From Octopus bimaculoides (lineage: Eukaryota): a stretch of 64,000 nucleotides of DNA. Every line of letters begins with the position of its first letter. Within the stretch, counting starts at the first letter, position 1. The DNA is taken from contig NC_068983.1 in the NCBI RefSeq assembly GCF_001194135.2, forward strand, positions 91,090,335 through 91,154,334. Direction: 5' to 3'. Position numbers and translations under genes: made by a program. The notes beneath the pieces are model-generated. The model did not search any database, was not told the origin of the DNA, and was given only the letters and a program-made list of their open reading frames with translations. Below, piece by piece: positions 24,864 through 37,995 of this stretch.

Positions 24864-26712
24864 AGCCCATTTCTCTCCAGCATCATTTTAGACTTTTCCT
24901 TCCCTTTAAAGCAGGGGTCAGTGAACTGGGGTAAATATGAAATTCTTGGGGGTAATTAGACGTAAGTAAAATTATATAAAAAAACGTGTTCCTTGTTAAT
25001 TATGATTTTCTTCCTTTCCATTCAAGGGGGTAATGTCGGCATAAATAAATATATTTTGGGGTATTTGGTTAAAAAAAGGTCCCTGACCCCTGCTCTAAAA
25101 CTTCAGTCAACTTCTCAAAGACATTTTCAAGAGGTTGCTAAGAATCTTTGATACTCAAAGGCCACCAAGGAATCAGATAACAAACCTTACTATATGTACC
25201 AACAATTGCAGGGCTTTGGCAAGGAGAACTGATTGGATAGAAATTATCAAACTTTAAACTTCTGTAACATTTTTCAAGAATAAATGAATCACAACTTTAT
25301 GGCCATATTCGAAGAAACAGAGGTTTGGAATACATTATCAAGAGTAGAGGGAGGTGGCTTTGAGCAAGTTAGGAGGTTAAAGCATGATAGGACAGAGATA
25401 GGTGTCTTATTTGGCTACCTCAGTAGGAAAAGAAAGGAGAGGAAAGAGAGATATAGTTAGAGAGAAAGATAGAGAGAGACAGTCAGAGTGAGAGAGAAAT
25501 AGATAGTGGAGCAGTGGGGGAGGAGTATAAGTGGTACAGAGGAGATAGAGAAGGATGTTCCATAAGAGTGTGAGGGGGAGATGTTTAGAGAGGAAGAGGT
25601 GACTGTAGGAAGTGCTGGTGCGAGAAAATAGAGTGGCTGGGTGGGGTGTTGTATGTAGATATGCTAGGGTATGGAGAATGCACAGATAGATATGTGAGGG
25701 AGAATGAAAGGGCCTGCAGGGAGTGGTGTTCATGGGTGCTGGGATGAGGAATTGGAAAGATGAGAGAGTTTTGACAGGACAGATTATGTGTATCTGTGTG
25801 AGAGGGGAAGCATAGCCATAAGGACATACCCATATGTATGGATGACCACGATTTTACTTGTTTTCTCAAGCACAGTTAATTGCCAGAAATCTTGGTCCCT
25901 TGTCATCTCCTATGTATGTGTGTGTGTGTGTATGTTTGTATCAGTGGTGAAGGGTGACTAGGAAACTAGGGCATGCAGTCCACCACACACACACTCTCCT
26001 GTTCCCCCCCCCCCCCCCCCGCCACGTGAAAAGTGTAGTATTATATGCTTTGAGATATGGAAAGTCTGAAAATGAAAATAGCTTCCCCACTACGATGACC
26101 CATTTTGAAGTAGTTAATAAGACACAAGAAACATACATACAAACATTTCTAGAATATATACAGGAATCCCATGATTAATGCACAAAAAATTTTTGAGACT
26201 GCCCCTTAATATAAACGGTGTCAAATTTGATTAACTCATTTCAATAAGTGTTTTTTTTTTTCTTTGTTTTTGTTTTTTGCACAAACCCTTTGAAGCATTG
26301 ACAACACCTCATCTTCTGTTCCGCACCAATCTTTCATGCATGAGGTTGTGTGCCACACCTACTACTGCTTAACTAGTATATTCAAAATAAATTGACAAAA
26401 CTCCTTGAAATTCTATCTAAAGTCATGTAGTTGTCTGATTTTTTTTTCTTTTTTCATAAGTTTATAGAAAAGATCTGGACCCCTTTGCCAACTTACCACC
26501 TCAATATGGCTACAATATTATAAGTGGGAGTATTTCCATTTCAAAGTTTTTGAGTGGTAATTAATAGGTGAAAAGTTTTTTTATTTGATAATAATTTTTA
26601 TAAAAAGAATTTTAGAAAAATTATCAAACAAAAAAAGCTTTTTACCTATTAATTACCACTCAAAAACTTTGAAACGGAAATACTCCCACTTCTAATATCG
26701 TAGCCATATTGA

Positions 26713-26925
26713 GGCAGCGGGTTGGCAGAGTTGTTAGCAAGTTGGACAAGATGCTTTGCAGTATTTCACCCACACTTGCACTCTGAGTTCAAATTCTGCT
26801 GGGGTTGATTTTGTCTATCATCCATTCAGGTATGATAAATTAAATACCAGTCAACCACAGAGGGTCAGTGTAATTGACTAGACCCATTCCCTCAAAATTT
26901 CAGCCCTTGTGGCTGCATTAGAAAG
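26713..26925 (+). mobile_element. tRNA-derived SINE (third family) with long TSD
   Basis: GGCAGCGGGTTGGCAG head and GAGTTCAAATTC box B. AATATYGTAGCCATATTGA is repeated on both sides (about 26694-26712 and 26927-26945). Confidence 0.8.
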
Positions 26926-27293
26926 GAATATTGTAGCCATATTGAACCATGTCTATTTTTAAAGAACATTTTATATAGAAATAAAATCAGGAAAAAAATT
27001 TCTAAAAACAATGTTTTTTTCAGTGGAGTCTAACATGGCAAAGCATCAGTTAGATCATTCTAATTTTTTTCTTTTGCATTTTATAATTATAACGTTTTTT
27101 TCTAAGATAAAACAGCAGTCCATGAATTTTGGACCGCTTCCTTGATTTTTTGAAAAGTATCTTATATCTCACTGTAATAAAAATAAAATATACAAGTTAG
27201 AGTAAATTTGGATCAGATTTTTAATTAAAAAAAAACAGTAGGTGCTTTTTTTAAAGAATTCTATCTATTTGTATGATATTTTAGTTTTTAAGT

Positions 27294-28347
27294 ACAGTTG
27301 ACCATAAGTGAAAAACAACATTTATCTGCGCACAGATATAATTGAAGGAAATTGGTAGGATTATCACCAAATCCTCAATGTCGACAAAACTGACCTATTC
27401 TGGAAAAAAAATGTCAACAAGAACTTTTTTGGCAAGAAAAGAGGCAACGACACCAGGTTATGAGGCACCCAAGGATAGATTAACACTTCTACGTGGAGGT
27501 AACACCAAGGTTGAATGCAAATTAACACCGATGCTAATTTATCATACAATGAACCCAAGAGTATTAAAAGGCAGTAACAAACAATCCTTTTCTGTAATTT
27601 GGAAACCAATTGAAAGGGCTTGGGTGACAAAATAGTTGTTTGAAGAATGGTTCAATATGCACTTTTGTTACACATTTGAAAAATATTGCAAAAAAAAAAT
27701 TAATAATGATTTAAATTTCTAAGTTCTTTTAGTTTTAGATAATGCCCCTGGGCATCCCACCTCACTTGATGATTTAAATAGTAATATGGAGGTTATATTT
27801 TTACCAACAAATACAACTTCTTTACTACAGCTGATGGACCAAGGAGTGATTTCTACATTCATAGCATGTGTGTGAAGAACTTTTGCCCAGGTAATTCAAG
27901 TTATAACTGGAGATAATTCAATCACTCTTGAAGAATTTTGGAAAAAAATTGATATTAAACAAGCAGTTGAAAACATTCACAAGCCTTGGAAGAAGTAACA
28001 GACAGCTGCAAGAGAGCAGTCTAGCAGAATTTTTTGCCTGACTGCACTAACGATTGTTTTGGCTTCAATAATCCCAACAACCAAGTTATTGATGAAATTG
28101 CTACAATTGGAAGGGACCTCTGCTTTGAGGAATTAAGGAATTAGATTTGGAAAATGTTAGAGAATTACTGGAATCGCTTCAAAAAAAAAAAAAACTAAAC
28201 ATCAACAATCTTCTTGGAATAAAGCATCAAAAGGCATATGAAGGAGAAGATGAAAAGGAAGCAGAAGAAATGGAAACCACACCCAAAGATATTTCAGTCA
28301 AAAAACTTGAAGAATTGTTACAAACAATTAAAAAAACCTAAAGAACT
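27294..28347 (+). mobile_element. Tigger/pogo DDE transposase remnant
   Basis: KDRLTLL..GN...KLTPMLIY...NPRVLK, WKPIERAWVT, LVLDNAPGHP and LLQLMDQGVIS are visible across frames. Confidence 0.85.
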
Positions 28348-30420
28348 TGTAGGAAATGAGGTTGGCACTGGATGGGTGCCTCACAATTCCTTACATAGTT
28401 CGTGGAAGGAAATAAGTAGGAACAAGATCTCCGAACAAATAACAATAAAGATTTATTTATACAAAACATTTAATTTCTAGACAATCAGTAGCCAGGTCGC
28501 CTTGGTGTGGAAGCAGCAGGTCGGTAATTAATCACAATTATGAAGGCATTCTTCACAGATTCGCAATGTCGTGTATCGCCATCAGAATTCCAGTCACACG
28601 GAGCTGGTCTAGTCGCGTCCGGCTTGGTCGGCAGCAGGGGCAAAGAGAGAGAGAATGGCAGTGAAGCCTAGCTGCTGCTGATGACTGTGTATGCACATAA
28701 GGGGCTTCCGGCAGGTCTTTTGGAAGGCTCTAATCCCTGCACATGCATGGATGAAAGTTCCAAAATGGCGTCTGGAACCAGGCGTCACTACAAGGCTCCC
28801 CTTCGAATGCGGAAGCACGAAAATAGAAAGATTGTAGTGGAGCAAAAAACAAGATGGCTACCGATCACCCACAAGATGTGGCACAAAATATGACAACTCA
28901 AAAGAAAATAATTACAATATAAATGAGCATGCACAAAAAATTTTTTTACAAAATGTTCAATAGCAAAACATTGAAACTGTCCAGTACACAAAAGAACACC
29001 TGTCTGTCACAGGAAACACAATAGAGAATGTCAAATGTAAATAGTCTTTACAAGTTTCTTGGGCCAGCGATCAGTTTGGCCAGTCCTGGTTACATAGGGT
29101 CTGCTCAAGGCAGATTGTGACGATGAAGTTGGTATTGTAGGTGCTGGTGTTGTCAAAGGTGCATGTGTAGGTGATGGTGTTGTCAAAGATGCATGTGTAG
29201 GTGATGATGTTGGCAAAGGTGCATGTGTAGGTTCAAAGGTGGGCGTGGCAGCGGTATCATCAAAAGATTTGGACACCTCAAAATATGCTCTTTTAAGCCA
29301 ATCTACAGAAACAGTTTCCGTACGACCATTCATATCAATCGGAAAAACTTTGGGTGTACGAGAAAGCACACGAAAGGGTCCTTTGTAAGGAGAAACAAGA
29401 GGTCCCTTGATAGAGTCATCCCGAACAAAAACATGCAACCAATTGTCAATATCTGATGAGAAATTAGAGGGTGGAGATTGGTCCCGGGAACCCATGGGCA
29501 GAAGATTAGAAAAATAGGTGTGAAGTCTGGTGACGTACGATGCCAGATCATGAAGCTGTGAAATGTCTGGCACCAACATCGTACCAGGCAATGCTAGCGT
29601 GGTACCACACAGCAGCTCTGCAGAGGAGAAACCCAGGTCTATTTGACAGCAGTACGACAGCCAAGAAGCACAATTGGCAGAAATTCAGTCCTGGAAAGGC
29701 ACATAGAGCAGCTTTGAGCTGTCTATGAAACCATTAGACCATCCTGTTGGAAGCTGGATGGTAACTGGTTGTGTGAATGTGATGCACACCCAGAATTCGT
29801 GACAATTCACGAAATAAAGAAGCTTCAAATTGACGTCCGTGATCAGTAGTTAATCTGGATGGAACTCTGAAGCGGGAAATCCGGTTAGAAACAAAAGCTT
29901 GAGCAACAGATTCAGCAGAAATGTCTGCTATTAGAATGGCTTCTAGTCATAAGAGAACCTGTGTCTCACAGGCCATGGTCCAACTAGATCAATGTGGACA
30001 TGGCGAAAACGGGCCTCCAGAGGAGAAAACTGTTCAAGCGGAGCACGAATGTGCTGTTGGATCTTGGAACATTGGCACTTGGAACAAGTACGTGTCCAAG
30101 AAGTAATTGTGCGATGCATATTTGGCCAGAAAAAACGAGCAGTGGTAAGCTTAAGTGTAGCAGCAATGCCCAGATGTGACAAGGAATGCAGGGCCTCAAA
30201 CACTGAGCGTTGGTGATTCTCAGGCATGAGTGGCCTGGTAGAATCAGTAGAGGCATCACAAAGAATAGTGCCTTCAGCCGATGGAAGCGGAAGATAGGCA
30301 AATTGGCAGCAGGAGAACTTGGGTGAAGTTAAATCTAACTTCGCCAAAGCTGGTTGGTCCTGCAATATGGCAATCAAATCGATTGCAGCAGGAGATAAAA
30401 GAGATTGATTGAAATCAATC
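28348..30420 (-). mobile_element. Ty3/Gypsy (CsRN1-like) 3' portion: LTR 28348-28792, PPT 28793-28803, integrase remnant
   Basis: TGTAG...CTACA LTR and AGGGGAGCC PPT. IN zinc finger HSLSH...CSKCQ, HVHIDLVGP and PYKGPFRVL. The clade assignment is tentative. Confidence 0.85.
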
Positions 30421-30789
30421 AATGTTCATAATTTTGGTATTTTCCATGGTTCATTATAATTATCGCATTGGTTCTAAGGCTTGATTAGTGTGGCTTTGGT
30501 ACATGTGGTTTTTTCGCAAGAATTAATTAACTGCACTAATTAAGGAATTCCTGTAATTGATATATAAGCTTCTTTTCAGTTTCTGTTGTGTTGTTGCCAC
30601 AGTTAGATATGAATTCCATTACTGTGGATTTGCCTTCGACTTCACATAATTTATTTTTGTGTCTTTTTTCTACGACATACTAAGTAATTTGCATATGACT
30701 GCAATTGGTACGTCTGATCATGCTTATAAATGACTCTTCTGGGATTGGACCTGTGACCATGTGGTTGGTAACAATTTACTTACCACACT

Positions 30790-32705
30790 GTTATTTGTAA
30801 AACAGTTCAATTCTTCTTTGCTTTTTGGCAAATTCTTCAGTCACTTTGCTATAAAATGCATCAGAACCACACTGCCTTCATCTTCTTCAAAATGAAAACC
30901 AAATTATTCATTCTCTCTTCACTTTGAGAACATCTCATAATTATTGATTTGCTTTAAAGAAGAAAACTATCTCTCACAGGATGCAGATGTGGTAGGTATG
31001 GTCAGAATCATCATCATCATCATCACCATTTAACGTCCGCCTTCCATGCTAGCATGGGTTGGACGATTTGACTGAGGACTGGTGAAACCGGATGGCAACA
31101 CCAGGCTCCAATCTAATTTGGCAGAGTTTCTACAGCTGGATGCCCTTCCTAACGCCAACCACTCAGAGAGTGTAGTGGGTGCTTTTACGTGTCACCCGCA
31201 CGAAAACGGCCACGCTCGAAGTGGTATCTTTTATGTGCCACCCGCACAAGAGCCAGTCCAGGGGCACTGGCAACGATCTCGCTCGAAAACCCTACAAGGC
31301 CAGTCAGGCGGTATATATGTATATATATATATGTCTGTACGTATCAGATGTAATAATTTTGTTACTTCTGCCAGAGCTTAGTTTAGTTCAAGTTCCTGTA
31401 TTATATCTGCTACTTCTTGGATGCTTGATGCTTGCTTTGCAAAATCTGCAGCACAAACTGATTTGAGCTCACATTTCAGTCTATCCAATTCCAATATATT
31501 TTTGTAGAAATTCAGAGATGAAAATGCTTCCACTGAAAATTATTTTTCATAAATGTGAAAAAAGCTTCAGATTCAACAATTCAACAAATTTGAACTTTTC
31601 CATCATTTTAAATCTTTACTCAACATGAACAATAATTTCATCTAAAATGTTGTGAAACAAAGTTCTTAAAGTTTCTGGTTCTTCGTGTCGACTTCACTTC
31701 TCTGGTGGTTCAGTGACACCATCCAAAACCTGGGAGTGAAATTTCTCAAACTGAATCAATTTTTTTTTTTAGTTCTCAACTTCACAAATACACCTTGAAA
31801 TATCAAACGAACGTTTCTGAAGTATTGAATACAGAATCTCTGAACCACTCAATATAGTTTCAAAAACTACTAATAAAAATTTTAAATTAAAATCTTCTTG
31901 GATTGCAATGAATCCCCTTGCTTGTGCTAATTCTGAAGCATTCCAATTCTCTGGATTTTCTAATATGGTTGAAAATAACTCAGAAAACGAAGTAATTTTA
32001 TCGGACAAAATGGATACTTGCTGAGATGAATAATTCCATCATGTGTTAGGTAGCTTTGGAAATCACCTTCTAATGATTTCTTGCATTAGTGATATCCAAG
32101 CCATCAACTTTGAGAAAAAAGTTACAATTCCCTTTAAAGTTTGAAAGAAAATTCAACATTCATGAATACTTGAAGCTGATTGGGAGAGTACCAAATTAAG
32201 TGAATGTGCATAACAATGTATAAATATGACATTGGCACCAAAAATCTCCTTTATTCTTGTTTGCACTCTGTTCAAGTGCCCAGCGATCATGCTCACTCCA
32301 TCATAAGTTTGTGTGATGAATTTTTGACTACATTTGAATTCATTAACAAATTTTCAAACTTTTTCAGTCAGTGATGCAGCCCTTCTATCTTTACTGACAT
32401 TGACATAACCCCAAAACCTTTCTTGAGGCTTTTCCTTCTCATCAAATCATAAAACATGCAACAATTGAGACTTCGTTTGCAGATCATCAAACATAACATA
32501 ATCAAACATAACAGCAACAAATGATGTTTTTCCAATCATTGTCCTAATTTCACCTTCAATTGTAGCAGTTATACAATTAATAATCACATTTTGAATATCA
32601 TTGTTACAAAGCAGTCTTTTGCCACTTGTCTTTGTACAATAGTTGTCACTCTGATAGATATTGTTATATTCCAAAGTTGTCAATAGGTTGTTTCTATCTG
32701 GCACT
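30790..32705 (-). mobile_element. hAT transposase remnant (ZMYM1-like type) with an RTE 3' fragment inserted at about 31007-31310
   Basis: NDIQNVII..FVAVMFD...SQLLHVL, FNLKFLL...ILYSILQK and a dimerisation-like C-terminus. Many stops. Confidence 0.75.
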
Positions 32706-32826
32706 GTACAACCCCCAGTCGTACAGTGTTATTATTCTCAAAGGGTTGGATCATTATAATGCCCTCTCAGTATCACAGTATAATTACTTTATCAGCACAG
32801 ACAAGACTATCAACACAGTCTACACG

Positions 32827-33228
32827 TAGTGGCCGTGTGGTAAGTAGCTTGCTTACCAACCACATGGTTCCGGGTTCAGTCCCACTGCATGGCACCTTGG
32901 GCAAGTGTTTTCTACTATAGCCTCGGGCCGACCAAAGCCTTGTGAGTGGATTTGGTAGACGGAAACTGAAAAAAGCCCATCGTATATATGTATATATATA
33001 TATATGTGTGTGTGTTTGTGTGTCTGTGTTTGTCCCCCCCACCATCGCTTGACAACCGATGGTGGTGTGTTTACATCCCCGTAACTTAGCGGTTCGGCAA
33101 AAGAGACCGATAGAATAAGTACTAGGCTTCTAAAGAATAAGTCCTGGGGTCGATTTGCTTGACTAAAGGCGGTGCTCCAGCATGGCTGCAGTCAAATGAC
33201 TGAAACAAGTAAAAGAGTAAAAGAAAGT
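32827..33228 (+). mobile_element. Full-length tRNA-derived SINE with central (TA)(TG) microsatellite
   Basis: Box A TGGCCGTGTGG, box B GGTTCAGTCCC and an A-rich repeated tail. Confidence 0.9.
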
Positions 33229-35600
33229 AAAGAGAGTACTCTCGTACTCTACATACTCTCTCGATACCAGACGATAGTGATTGTCTCGTTCCACTCATCA
33301 CATGGGAGGTGTGTACCATTATTGCTAATTCCCTACAACATCTCCCCTTTTAAGTTTTTCTTAGGAAGTGTCAGTTTATTTAGCAATAATATTTTTATTC
33401 AACCCACCTCCAGTTTTTGAATTTTTTTTTTTCTGAACAATCTAATATTTTTTCTCTTGGCATCTATTTTCAGGAATTCTGTATGTTTTTTTCCCTCTCA
33501 CTTTTACGCCTGGGTTCAATCAGCTGCAGTGGTGTTGGTACTTGGAACATATTGTACAACTATTCCATCGGTTCCTCCAACTTCTTTAGTTCACTTTCCA
33601 TGAATCTCTTTTTCAGTTGGTTCCTGTGTCTCTTTTGTATGTCTTTTCTACTTTTTACCTAATACATCATTTTACCTATGTATTTGGTAATTTCGCCCTC
33701 TTCTCAGTTCTGCTTTCCATTTTTGTATGTCCTCATATACACCCTATCACCAACTTTAAAAAATCTTGCTATGTCTTCCCTGGCACTTTTTCTTTTCTTG
33801 CTAGGTAGCAATTTATCAAAAACTAACTTTACTTTCCTTGCAAACATCAGCTCTGCTGGTGAGTTAACTGCTGATGTATACAGATTTGGTGTTACATGGT
33901 ACACTCTTAAAAATTGTTGAAGGACTACCTCATCTGTGCTTTCCTTATTTGGTTTTCTAAGCTCTTTTGAAGGTATCAACAAAGCGTTCTACCTGTCCAT
34001 TAGATCTGGGATGGTATGGCACCGTAGTTATATGTTCTACCATGAACATTTCACAAAATTTTAAGAATTCACTAGACACAAATTGCGTTCCATTACCATC
34101 AATATTTTGTCCCAAGTATTTTATTTTTTTATTTTTTCAGCAAGAATTCACACTTTACCTCTACACCAAAAAGAAAGCCACTTAAATTTACTATAAGCCA
34201 TCGTGTGTGTTAATTTTGAACAAATGTGAGCATGTGCAACTAAAACGCTCACCTTTGTTGAAAAATCTGTACACACTCTTCATTTGTCGTTCTTTTTTGT
34301 GCAAACTATCAGTGTTGCCCAGTCTGTGTGGTCATTCTTTTCAATTATAGCAAGGCATTCCAGTCTTTCCAGTTCTTTGTTAACCTGGTCTATTAATTCA
34401 AACAGTACATTTCTTTTTGGCCTACATACAGGTGTTTCATGTTTTGTTGCAATTTTTTGTTTCAGTTCTTTAGCCTCATTTTAACCTATATAGCTGCCTC
34501 AGTCGAAGGTTCAAAGCACTTATGGGTGTATCCCATAAATTAAATACTTGTATCCACTCTGTGCCAAATAAATTAAATGAATGTTTTAATACATATATCT
34601 TAGCCTTTTTCATTTGACTGCGAAATATTATGTTACATATGCATTCATCAATAAAATTTTTTTTTTCTGTAACACCATGTACTACCTTTTTAGATTTAAT
34701 TAATTTTGGCTTACTGACGTATTTCCATGTTTTTTTTCATTTATAATAGTCATGTCACTACCTGTGTTGAACTTCAATTTTACACTTGTATTTTTAATTT
34801 TCACATTTACAGATTTTTTGTTTGTTGTAGTACCTTTTTTCCGATGACAAAATATTTACTTTTTTCTCATTATTCTGACATTATATCATTTATGTTCTAC
34901 AGTGTGACTTTATATGTCCTGTATTACCACAATGAAAGCACTTTGCTTTTTTAAATGGACAATTTTTCCTCAGGTGCATACTATCACATGCAAAACATGG
35001 CCTTATAGCCTAATGTTTGTCATGTTTTTTAGAAAACATTTTATCTCTATACAGACTATTTTGCAATAGTTTTACTTGGAAACAATCTTTGCGTTCAATT
35101 TTCTCTGTGTCATGTTTTGATTTAAGTATCCCTTTACATTCTTCAGATACTTTTTGTAGGGTTACCTCCTCGTTTTGCTCCAGCTTTGCAAGAACTCTAG
35201 TTCTGACTTCTACTCCTTTTTCAGCAGTTAGTCCCTGAGTAATAATCAGACATTTGAACATATCTAGACTTAATTTATCCAGCTTAAACTTCTCGCATTC
35301 TGTTTACTCTACCAGCATATGTGATGTTGTCCTCGTTACTATTTTTCTCTGTGTTCAGACACTTCCACCGTGTATTAAACAAGGAGCTTTTTTCACTGAA
35401 AATCTTACACAATATATCTACTGTGTCATTAAACTTTATGTCAGACGGTTTCCTTGGGAGTAGAAAATTACTGTATTGTTTATGATCTATTGGCGCCAAT
35501 TTTCTTAAGATTAAGCAAGTTTTCATCTTGTCATCCCAATCGTTACATTTTTTCTTTTTTTGAAAATTTGCTCATATCTTCTGTAGTATACTTCAAAATA
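33229..35600 (-). mobile_element. Ty3/Gypsy of the same family as 4434-12535, internally deleted (most of RT/RH missing)
   Basis: LTR end CAACA at 33340 and PPT at 33341-51. IN: HPRSNGQVERFVDTFKR. Gag: YRRYEQIF..WDDKMKT, FNTRWKCLN, MFKCLII. Confidence 0.88.
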
Positions 35601-36883
35601 GAAAATAAAATATAATGAAATCGATTAAATCGATCGAAAATCAATTCTATTAAAAAATATAGCTAATCTTCAGGTCAAAATACAACAATAATAATAATAA
35701 AAGGAATGTATATATTAACCAACAATAAATAACAAATGAATGTATATAGAAATACTTATTATATTAAGATAGAAAATATTAAACAATATTATTAAAAAGA
35801 AATGTAATACTAATGTTATCGAAAATTATAAACGTGACATTATTAACTTTACGTTTATTAGAATATAAACTAACAGAAATATTAAATGCAAATCTTATCT
35901 TAATGAATCTTTCGTTTAAAATACAATTTAAATGAAGTTTTAGGTTAAACTAAAATTATAAACATAATATAAATAACTTTAATTTTAATATAAACTAACA
36001 AAAACTTAATTTATATAAATTAATTTATATAAAGATAATTATATCACCATTAAATAAAAAAAAACATTTAACAAAATTATTAAAAAGAAATACAAAACTT
36101 ATCTAATCAAATAAATTTTTAACTGTTGTACTATTAACTTGACCTTAATTAGAATATTAAATAATAATCAAAGAAATTATATAAAAAGACTACTTATTTA
36201 TCCCCTAAATCAAAAAGAAATATCAAACAATATTATTGGAAATAAATGCAACACGAATCTAATCGAAGTTTTGGTAAACTTTATACTATTTGATAAACTT
36301 TATACTATTAACTTAGTGTTAAATAATATATCTGCTAACATTAAATATCAATTGAATTAATATAAAAGATATATATTTTCCCAATCAATGATAGAAAATC
36401 ATTTAACAATATTATTGAACATAAAAGCAATACTTATCTCAACGATGCTATAGTTTAAACTAAAAATTTTAGACGTTATACTAATAACTAAGCGTTTATT
36501 AGAAAGAAGTCACGTGAAGATATTGCGTAAAGAAAAAGAATAGAATAAAGAGATATAAAAACATGAAAGTTTTATTTATAAGATAATGAATGAAAATCAA
36601 AATTTATATAACTTAAATGATAATAAAACAATTAACTATATTGTAAACATTTTATGGAACTTTAAAATCTAAGTAATTATAGAGTCTAAAGAATAAGACT
36701 AAGAAACATAAATTAAATAATATATATGAAATAAGCTAAAATACTATAATTAAATTAATTAATTAAAATATTTATATTATTAATTTTATAAAAATTATAG
36801 TGTCAAAATATTAATTCCTTAAACTCACTAAAAATATTAACGAAGCAATAAATACACAATTAATAAATATAAACTATAACTAC
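35600..36883. repeat. Very AT-rich degenerate repeat block of unknown origin
   Basis: By eye above 80% A+T and A-skewed on the plus strand. The motif AACAATATTATT or a variant recurs near 35782, 36070, 36226 and 36405. Confidence 0.6.
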
Positions 36884-36983
36884 NNNNNNNNNNNNNNNNN
36901 NNNNNNNNNNNNNNNNNNNNNNNNNNNNNNNNNNNNNNNNNNNNNNNNNNNNNNNNNNNNNNNNNNNNNNNNNNNNNNNNNNN
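36884..36983. other. Assembly gap of exactly 100 N; other gaps at 2447-2551, 10337-10346, 18215-18606, 21288-21855, 41435-41525, 48014-48351 and 57569-57656
   Basis: N runs seen directly. A round 100-N length often denotes a join of unknown size. Confidence 0.95.
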
Positions 36984-37579
36984 TTTTTTTTATTGCTCTT
37001 GTTTTGATAAGACCAACTTGAAGCAATTTGATCCAGATTGATTTTTAAGCAGTATTTTCTAAATCTAAGAAAAGTAGGTAGGTACGCATTGCCAACCAAC
37101 ATCCCCTTTTTGCTAATCAATAACCATCCTTTTTTTTCTACAATAGCCCACTAGATCTTCAAACCTCTCTAGGGGATGGTACTGCCCACTTTGGGAACAA
37201 CTGCTATAGACTAAAGAATATACATTAATATAAATGTCATTAAACAAAAGTGGTGATGTGTTAGTTCATGGGGATTTTCATATCACTAAGATTAATGCTA
37301 ACAGACATAGCCAAGGTTAATTTAAACTTTTAGTGGCTCCGCCAGTGGAAGAAGTAATTCTCAGACTAGAGATCTGGCACAAATACCTGCAATGAAATAA
37401 CAGAATGAACTCAACTAAAGACAGAAAGAACAGGTGGTGGTGTTAAATGGACTACATTTGGGTTTAAGCTGTCTTTCATTCAGATGAAACTAATTTAAAT
37501 ATTGATGTGTAAAACATACTCGGCATTTAAATCAGTGAAATAATGAAAATCTGAAAAACTTTATAAATAACAGTCTTAC

Positions 37580-37624
37580 CTTTGCTTCATCGATATTGGT
37601 CCAAATGGAGCCATTCAATTTGGT
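37580..37624 (-). CDS. DAAM: DAAM-like formin 45-nt exon (FH2): TKLNGSIWTNIDEAK
   Basis: Matches DAAM KLEGTVWTEIDDTK. TGTAG acceptor, GTAAGA donor. Phase 0 to 0. Confidence 0.9.
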
Positions 37625-37995
37625 CTACAACAGCCACATTAAATAGAAAATAAAAATCAATGGTAACTTATAATAAAAAAAATAACTTTTTAATAAAAAT
37701 AAAATGTAATAAATACTGATATCTCCCCCTAAGCACAAAGCCAAATTTTGTGCAGGAGAGCATACAGTTGACTGAAATTCAAAATATTCTCAAAGATAAT
37801 TGGAACTTCATGCCAGCATGGAAGGCAGATGTTAAATGAATACATAATGAATGGAAGAATGGTAAAAATAGTTTCAACAGATTTCTTAGATGGTGTTAAT
37901 TTTACCTTTTGTCAGTCCTGTGTCAAAACACTTCCAACGATATGTTGGATTCAGTCAACTTTTAGTACATAAAGAAACAAACATAATTTACTTAC

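Noticed and set aside
36984-37120. LDLE-like and SWSYQ-like strings resembling the next FH2 exon
   Set aside because: They are in different frames, the LDLE frame stops at once, and there is no usable phase-0 acceptor.
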